Shown here one piece after another: positions 59,075-64,000 of a stretch of DNA of 64,000 nt; position 1 is the stretch's first letter; each line of letters begins with the position of its first letter. A program made the position numbers and the translations under genes. The stretch is from assembly GCA_963741945.1 (NCBI GenBank), contig CAVUKA010000006.1, positions 192,001 to 256,000 of the forward strand, in the 5' to 3' direction. This DNA is from an uncultured Gemmatimonadales bacterium. Lineage in GTDB: Bacteria > Gemmatimonadota > Gemmatimonadetes > Longimicrobiales > RSA9. Under the pieces are notes generated by a model. That model was not told where the DNA came from, made no database searches, and saw only the letters and a list, made by a program, of their open reading frames with translations.

Positions 59075-60958
59075 ATGACGGCATCGTGGGCGAGGCGGGC
59101 GGGCGGATACCTGGTGGACGCGCTGCGCGGTGTCCGCGAAGCTCCCATCGAGATGGTCGCCACGGCGACGGTGGCGGCGACGTTCTCGTGGGCGCTGGAG
59201 TCGCAGGGGTCCGGGACGGCGTTCCGTGCGTGGTGGGAGATCGCCGTGCCGTGTGCGCTGGTGCTGGTGATCGCCTGGACGGGGACGCTGCTGCACGCCA
59301 TGGGTCGCTGGGACGCGACCCGGCGCTGGGCGTTCACACTGGCCGGCGCGCTGGCGGTGGCGATCTACGCGTGGACGGTGGTGGATTTCCGGTACGAATC
59401 GGAAGCGTGGAGAGCCGGGCTGCTGCTGGCGGCCGCGGTGGCGTGGCTGGTTGCGCTCCCCGCGTTCGGGGGGCGAGGCCGGGGTGAAGCTGGCGGGGAG
59501 CGGATCGGGCGGATGCGTCGGGTGGGCGAGCGTTTCGCGCTGCGGGCGATCGGGGCGGTGCTTTACGGTGCGGTCCTGTTCGCCGGTCTGGCGCTGGCGC
59601 TGGCGGCCGTGGACAACCTGTTCGAGCTGGGCCTGGAGGAGCAGATCTACGGTCACGTCTGGGGGTGGATCGCGTTCGTGCTGATCCCGTGGATCGTGCT
59701 GGGCGGGCTGGACGACTACGTCCTTGCCGCGGACCGGGCCGAGGCGGACGCGATCCCGGCGACGTGGTCGGGGGTGAGTTCCGTCGCCTACCGCATCATC
59801 CTATGGCTGGTGCCGCCGCTGCTCGCGCTCTACACGCTCATCCTGTACGCGTACGCGGCCCGTATCCTGGTGACGGGGGAGCTCCCGAAGAACCTGGTCT
59901 CGCCGATGGTGCTGGCGGCGGGCGGGCTCGCGGCGCTGGCGCTCATCCTTTTCGATCCGCGGCCGGGGCGTGGCGGGCTGGCTCGCGGGCTCCGGCTCGC
60001 CCCCGCGCTGTTCCTCCCGCTGGCGCCGGTCGGCTATCGCGCGCTGCTGCTGCGCGTGGACCAGTACGGCTGGACGGAGTTCCGGGTGGTGCGCGTGGTC
60101 GTGCTGAGCGCGCTCGCGGCGCTGGCGATCGGGGCGACGGTCCAGCTGGTGCGACGCCGGGCGTTCTCACTCCACGCGGCGCCTCTCGTGCTCGCGGCCG
60201 TCTTCCTGCTGAGCGCCGTGGGCCCATGGAGCGCGCTGGCCATATCGCGGGACAGCCAGCAGGAGAGGCTGGCCGCGGCGCTGACGGAGGTGGGGGTGCC
60301 GCCCGGGGCGACGTCCGTCCGCGCAGCCGACCGGCCCCCGACCGGCGCAGGCCCCGACTCGGCGCACACCGTGCCCGCGGCCACGTACGAGCGGATCCGG
60401 GACAGCGCGCGCTATCTGTCCAGCCACTTCGGCCGCGAAGCGCTCCCCGGCGGTGTCGCCGGTTTCGCGCACGACCACCCCGGCAGCGTCGACTACGCGG
60501 CACAGCTCGGCCTCCGCCCGGATGCGCTCCCCGCGCGCGAAGGGCTGAGCGTCGGCGGCACGCTGTCGCGGGGTGCGCCGCTCCGGCTCGAGGGAGGGCT
60601 GGCGTACCGCGTCGAATGGACGAGGGGGCCCCGCGGGGAGGAGCGTCCCGGCGGGGCCGTCGAGCCCGCGGGCCGGAGCCCCATGACCGTGGCCGTGCGC
60701 GACGGCCAGCGCCTGGAGCTGAGCGTGGGGAGCGCACTCCTGACGGCGGACCTCGGCCCGCTCATCCGGGAGCTCGAGCGTACGGCGGACCCACGGGAGC
60801 CCGGGCGGCTGCCGCCGGATCGCGCGGTCGTGCCCCTGGTGGGCGGGAGCGGCGCCCGGGCCGGTGAGCTCGTGGTGTGGCAGATCTGGGCTCAAGCCGA
60901 TTCCGCGGGCTGGCGGCTCCAGCGAGTGGAGGCGCTGGCGGTGGTGGGCGCGAACTGA
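59075..60958 (+). CDS. DUF4153-family polytopic membrane protein
   Basis: Many TM helices; ELPKN; RVDQYGWT. Confidence 0.75.
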   Translation: MTASWARRAGGYLVDALRGVREAPIEMVATATVAATFSWALESQGSGTAFRAWWEIAVPCALVLVIAWTGTLLHAMGRWDATRRWAFTLAGALAVAIYAWTVVDFRYESEAWRAGLLLAAAVAWLVALPAFGGRGRGEAGGERIGRMRRVGERFALRAIGAVLYGAVLFAGLALALAAVDNLFELGLEEQIYGHVWGWIAFVLIPWIVLGGLDDYVLAADRAEADAIPATWSGVSSVAYRIILWLVPPLLALYTLILYAYAARILVTGELPKNLVSPMVLAAGGLAALALILFDPRPGRGGLARGLRLAPALFLPLAPVGYRALLLRVDQYGWTEFRVVRVVVLSALAALAIGATVQLVRRRAFSLHAAPLVLAAVFLLSAVGPWSALAISRDSQQERLAAALTEVGVPPGATSVRAADRPPTGAGPDSAHTVPAATYERIRDSARYLSSHFGREALPGGVAGFAHDHPGSVDYAAQLGLRPDALPAREGLSVGGTLSRGAPLRLEGGLAYRVEWTRGPRGEERPGGAVEPAGRSPMTVAVRDGQRLELSVGSALLTADLGPLIRELERTADPREPGRLPPDRAVVPLVGGSGARAGELVVWQIWAQADSAGWRLQRVEALAVVGAN

Positions 60959-61093
60959 GGGCTTGCGGCCGGGTTGCCGCCGTCCTTAGGTCCGCCTAAA
61001 CTCGGTCATCGGTCCGCTGCGGGGACGGCGTGCACGCGCGCACTCCCGGGGGCGGTTCCGGGACTGTTCGATTCCAGGTCAGGAGGTCGCGCA

Positions 61094-61810
61094 ATGGAAG
61101 AAGTCGGCTGCGCTCGACCCACGGGAGGACCCGTCGGCGCCGCGCCGGCGGACGGGGAGGACGCGCTTCCGCAGTCAGCCACGCAGGAGGAGGCGAAGAT
61201 GATCAAGGTGGGCCAGAAGGCGCCGGACTTCACGGCACCCGCATATCACGAGGGGAAGTTCACGGCGGTTAAGCTGTCGGACTACCTCGGCGGGTGGATC
61301 GTCCTCTGCTTCTACCCGGGGGACTTCACGTTCGTCTGAGCGACGGAAGTGTCTGCGGTCGCAGACAAGCATGCAGTATTCCAGGAAATGGGCGTACAGG
61401 TGCTCTCCATGAGCACCGACAGTGTCTTCGTGCACAAGGTGTGGAACGAGGCGGAGCTGTCGAAGATGGTGGACGGCGGCGTTCCCTTCCCCATGCTCTC
61501 GGACGCCGGCGGCAAGGTGGGAGCCGTCTACGGCGTCTACGACGAAGCCGCGGGCGTGGACACGCGCGGGCGCTTCATCATCGACCCGGACGGCGTGGTG
61601 CAGGGCTTCGAGGTCCTCACCCCTCCGGTGGGGCGGAACGTGGCGGAGACGATCCGGCAGCTCCACGCCTTCCAGCTGGTGCGGGAGACCGGTGGTGCGG
61701 AGGCGACGCCCTCCGGCTGGCACCCGGGCAAGCCCACGCTGAAGCCGGGGCCGGACCTGGTCGGTCGGGTCTGGGAGGTCTGGAGCCCCCGTATGGAGGA
61801 GGAAGGCTGA
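61094..61810 (+). CDS. prxU: Selenocysteine peroxiredoxin (AhpC/Prx1-type), UGA at 61337-61339
   Basis: AGGAGG SD plus ATG 61094; [15 protein letters not shown] at the peroxidatic position, in frame with the 61349 [17 protein letters not shown]. Confidence 0.9.
61340..61368 (+). promoter_or_regulatory. Bacterial SECIS element (prxU)
   Basis: Hairpin TGTCTGC-GGTC-GCAGACA beginning 10 nt after the UGA. Confidence 0.85.
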
Positions 61811-61814
61811 GGGA

Positions 61815-62558
61815 TCAGGGGAGCCGCGTGTAGCTGACGGTGATGCCCACCATGTAGCCGGTTCCTGCCTGGAAGATCCGTCGCAGCCCGAGGTGCACGT
61901 CGAGTCCCCGCACCCCGACCTGCTGCGCCGCCACCCCGACGCCGGTGAACACGGCGATCCCGGTGGACGGCGCGGCGGAGGAGCAGCGGATGTCCAGGAG
62001 GGCGCCGGGCGAGACGAACGCGGCCACGCGGACGGTCCGGAGCATCGCGATCGAGAACGGCGTGGAGAGGTCCACGGTGCATGCGTTCACCCCGGGGAGC
62101 ACCCCGGGCGCGTAGCCCACGCCGAGCACGGTGCCCAGTGTGCTCGTGGCCGTGTAGTCGCCGATCAGTCCGGCCAGCGTGGGTCCCGCCGTGATGACGT
62201 TCAGCCGCGCGCGGGCGCCGAACATGGCATGGCCGCCGCATTCGGACCCGGCGAGCTCGCAGTCGCGCTGGACGTACCCTGCCGTCACGCCGAATGTCGA
62301 CCCGCCGAGCCACTGCAGGTCGACGCCCGCGCCGTACGCCATGCGGAGCGGACCGCCCCCGCGCAGCTCGCCGACCACCAGCCGGCCGGCCCAGTAGCTC
62401 TTGTTCCGGGCGGCGGGCATGGGCAGCGCCAGCGGCGGGAGCGCGCCGACGGGGGTGGATCTCAGCCGTACGGCGCGCACGGAGGAAGACGCGTCCTGCG
62501 CTGCCGCCGGGGGCGCCAGCAGGAGGAGCGCGGCCGCGACCCACAGGCGCCTACTCAT
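61815..62558 (-). CDS. Secreted hypothetical protein, probable outer-membrane barrel
   Basis: Signal peptide AAA-Q; amphipathic strands; overlaps the upstream phosphoesterase stop. Confidence 0.6.
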   Translation of the reverse strand: MSRRLWVAAALLLLAPPAAAQDASSSVRAVRLRSTPVGALPPLALPMPAARNKSYWAGRLVVGELRGGGPLRMAYGAGVDLQWLGGSTFGVTAGYVQRDCELAGSECGGHAMFGARARLNVITAGPTLAGLIGDYTATSTLGTVLGVGYAPGVLPGVNACTVDLSTPFSIAMLRTVRVAAFVSPGALLDIRCSSAAPSTGIAVFTGVGVAAQQVGVRGLDVHLGLRRIFQAGTGYMVGITVSYTRLP

Positions 62559-63630
62559 GGGGCTCCAGCCAGCGCGTGTAGACGAGCCCCCCCGCACCGT
62601 GACGGTCGTAGCGGAACACGCGCAACAGCACGCCCCGGGGCTTCAGGATGTCGAGGCGCATGAAGCCGAGGCTCTGCTGCGCCACGTAGTAGCTCTCCCT
62701 CATCCAGACCGCGCACGCCGTCTTCGAGCCCGCGCCGCTCACGAGCAGGTAGGGCAGCGTATGCCCGCTGCGCAGGACCTGCAGGACGTGCTCGTGCCCC
62801 GCGGCGTACACGAGTGGAGGATGGTCGGCGAAAGCGCTCGTGATCGAGTCACGCATCGTGCGGTTCGCCCTGGAGACGATGTCCTGGTTGCGCCCCCCGA
62901 AGCGGTGGAACGGTCCGCTCGGACCGCAGTACCCGCCGTGGGTTCCGCCTGTCATGAGCGGGTGGTGCCCGGCCACCACGGTGACCCGGTCCTCCCGCCC
63001 TGGCGCCGTCATCGCCCGCAGCTTCGCCGTGACCTCGCCCGGGTCCGAGGTGCAGTCGGACCGGGCGTCCCGGACAATGTAGTCGTGCAGCCACCACTGC
63101 GTGTCCAGCAGCACCAGGTGCAGCCGGCCCGTGTCCACCGCCACCGGCCCCGGGCAGCCGTTTGCGGGGAGCATCCGGATCGGGCGGCCGCCCGCGAGGG
63201 ACGCGAGCATCTCCTGCTCCAGCCGCACGGACCGGAGCCCGAACACTTCGCCGCTCGCCCAGTCGTGGTTGCCCGGGATGAAGATGGCACGCACGCCCGC
63301 CGGGACCGACCGGAGCTGCCCCCGCAGGCGACGCCGGGCGTCCGCCCGCTCCGCCGCACCCTCTTCCCGCGCCCCCACCGGCTGGATCCCGTCCGGGTAG
63401 ACGTTGTCGCCCAGGAACAGGATCAGCGACCGCTCTGGCGCTTCGGCCGCCTGGACCGCGAGCGAATCGAGCGGGGTGCTCAGCGCGCGGCGGGGATCCG
63501 GCTCGCCCGCGTCGCCCACCAGGAAGAGCGTCGTCTCGATGGACGACGGCTCCGGCTCGACCGGGCGCACGGCGCCGTGGCAGCCGGCGGCGGCGGCGAG
63601 GAGGAGGGTGATGGACAGGTGTGGGCGCAT
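62551..63630 (-). CDS. Calcineurin-like metallophosphoesterase lipoprotein (paralog of 19083-20312)
   Basis: Lipobox AAGC; GDAG, GDNVYP, GNHDW, HHP, GHEH. Confidence 0.87.
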   Translation of the reverse strand: MRPHLSITLLLAAAAGCHGAVRPVEPEPSSIETTLFLVGDAGEPDPRRALSTPLDSLAVQAAEAPERSLILFLGDNVYPDGIQPVGAREEGAAERADARRRLRGQLRSVPAGVRAIFIPGNHDWASGEVFGLRSVRLEQEMLASLAGGRPIRMLPANGCPGPVAVDTGRLHLVLLDTQWWLHDYIVRDARSDCTSDPGEVTAKLRAMTAPGREDRVTVVAGHHPLMTGGTHGGYCGPSGPFHRFGGRNQDIVSRANRTMRDSITSAFADHPPLVYAAGHEHVLQVLRSGHTLPYLLVSGAGSKTACAVWMRESYYVAQQSLGFMRLDILKPRGVLLRVFRYDRHGAGGLVYTRWLEPHE

Positions 63631-63741
63631 GGGTGTCGAATTCGGTGACCGTCCGGTCCGCTGCGCAGGTTGCGGACCAGCGCCGCGGCCCGGCCCGCGG
63701 TCGGCGGGTCAGTCCCGCTCCGTGCGAGGGGCGAGGCCCGG

Positions 63742-64000
63742 TCAGCCGAGCGGCGCGAGCTCCACCTTCACCCACCCCTGCTCCCGCCGGTCGAACGCTT
63801 CGAACGCCTCGATGGCGTCGCTGAGGGGCTCGAGCTGCGTGAGGATGCGCGACGGCTCGAACACGCCGCCGGCCACCATCTGGACCAGCTCCGGGATGTA
63901 CTTGCGGTGGTGGCAGTTCCCCATGTTCAGCGACAGGTTCCGGTTCATGGCCTCGCCGATCGGGAACGTGGTGGTCGTGCTGTCGTAGACCCCGATGATG
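63742..64000 (-). CDS. Zinc-dependent (formaldehyde/alcohol) dehydrogenase, C-terminal part only
   Basis: IIGVY...FPIGEAMNRNL...GNCHHRKY...WVKVEL; start lies outside the window. Confidence 0.75.
   Translation of the reverse strand, partial: IIGVYDSTTTTFPIGEAMNRNLSLNMGNCHHRKYIPELVQMVAGGVFEPSRILTQLEPLSDAIEAFEAFDRREQGWVKVELAPLG

Overview
High-GC bacterial chromosomal window. The gene content (lipoproteins, outer-membrane barrels, PEP-CTERM, GlnRS-YqeY, many secreted peptidases) suggests a diderm, probably Gemmatimonadota-like; that assignment is inference. I can support about 52 protein-coding genes and saw no rRNA, tRNA, CRISPR array or transposase. Main content: (i) 1.9-9.1 kb, a CusRS-like two-component system divergent from a cluster of monoheme c-type cytochromes, Met/His-rich lipoproteins, a PCYCGC-type protein and an orphan tatC, with two promoters sharing a 4x11-bp operator geometry; (ii) 10.6-16.7 kb, a selenocysteine formate dehydrogenase operon (in-frame UGA plus SECIS, split by the ORF track) with a NrfD-type anchor; (iii) 20.6-25.2 kb, a Rieske/cytochrome b operon with two multiheme cytochromes (10 and 9 haem motifs) instead of cytochrome c1; (iv) 31.4-38.9 kb, a candidate undescribed signalling operon: class III cyclase-STAND-TPR, receiver fused to a cysteine-free thioredoxin-reductase-like flavoprotein, cNMP-binding histidine kinase and a K+-channel-like protein; (v) an orphan Gly-rich/TerB-like/Zn-ribbon membrane protein; (vi) feoAB behind a Fur-like box; (vii) a second selenoprotein, a peroxiredoxin with UGA plus SECIS. 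Three probable small frameshifts may be assembly indels. All family assignments come from motif recognition by eye, not database searches.
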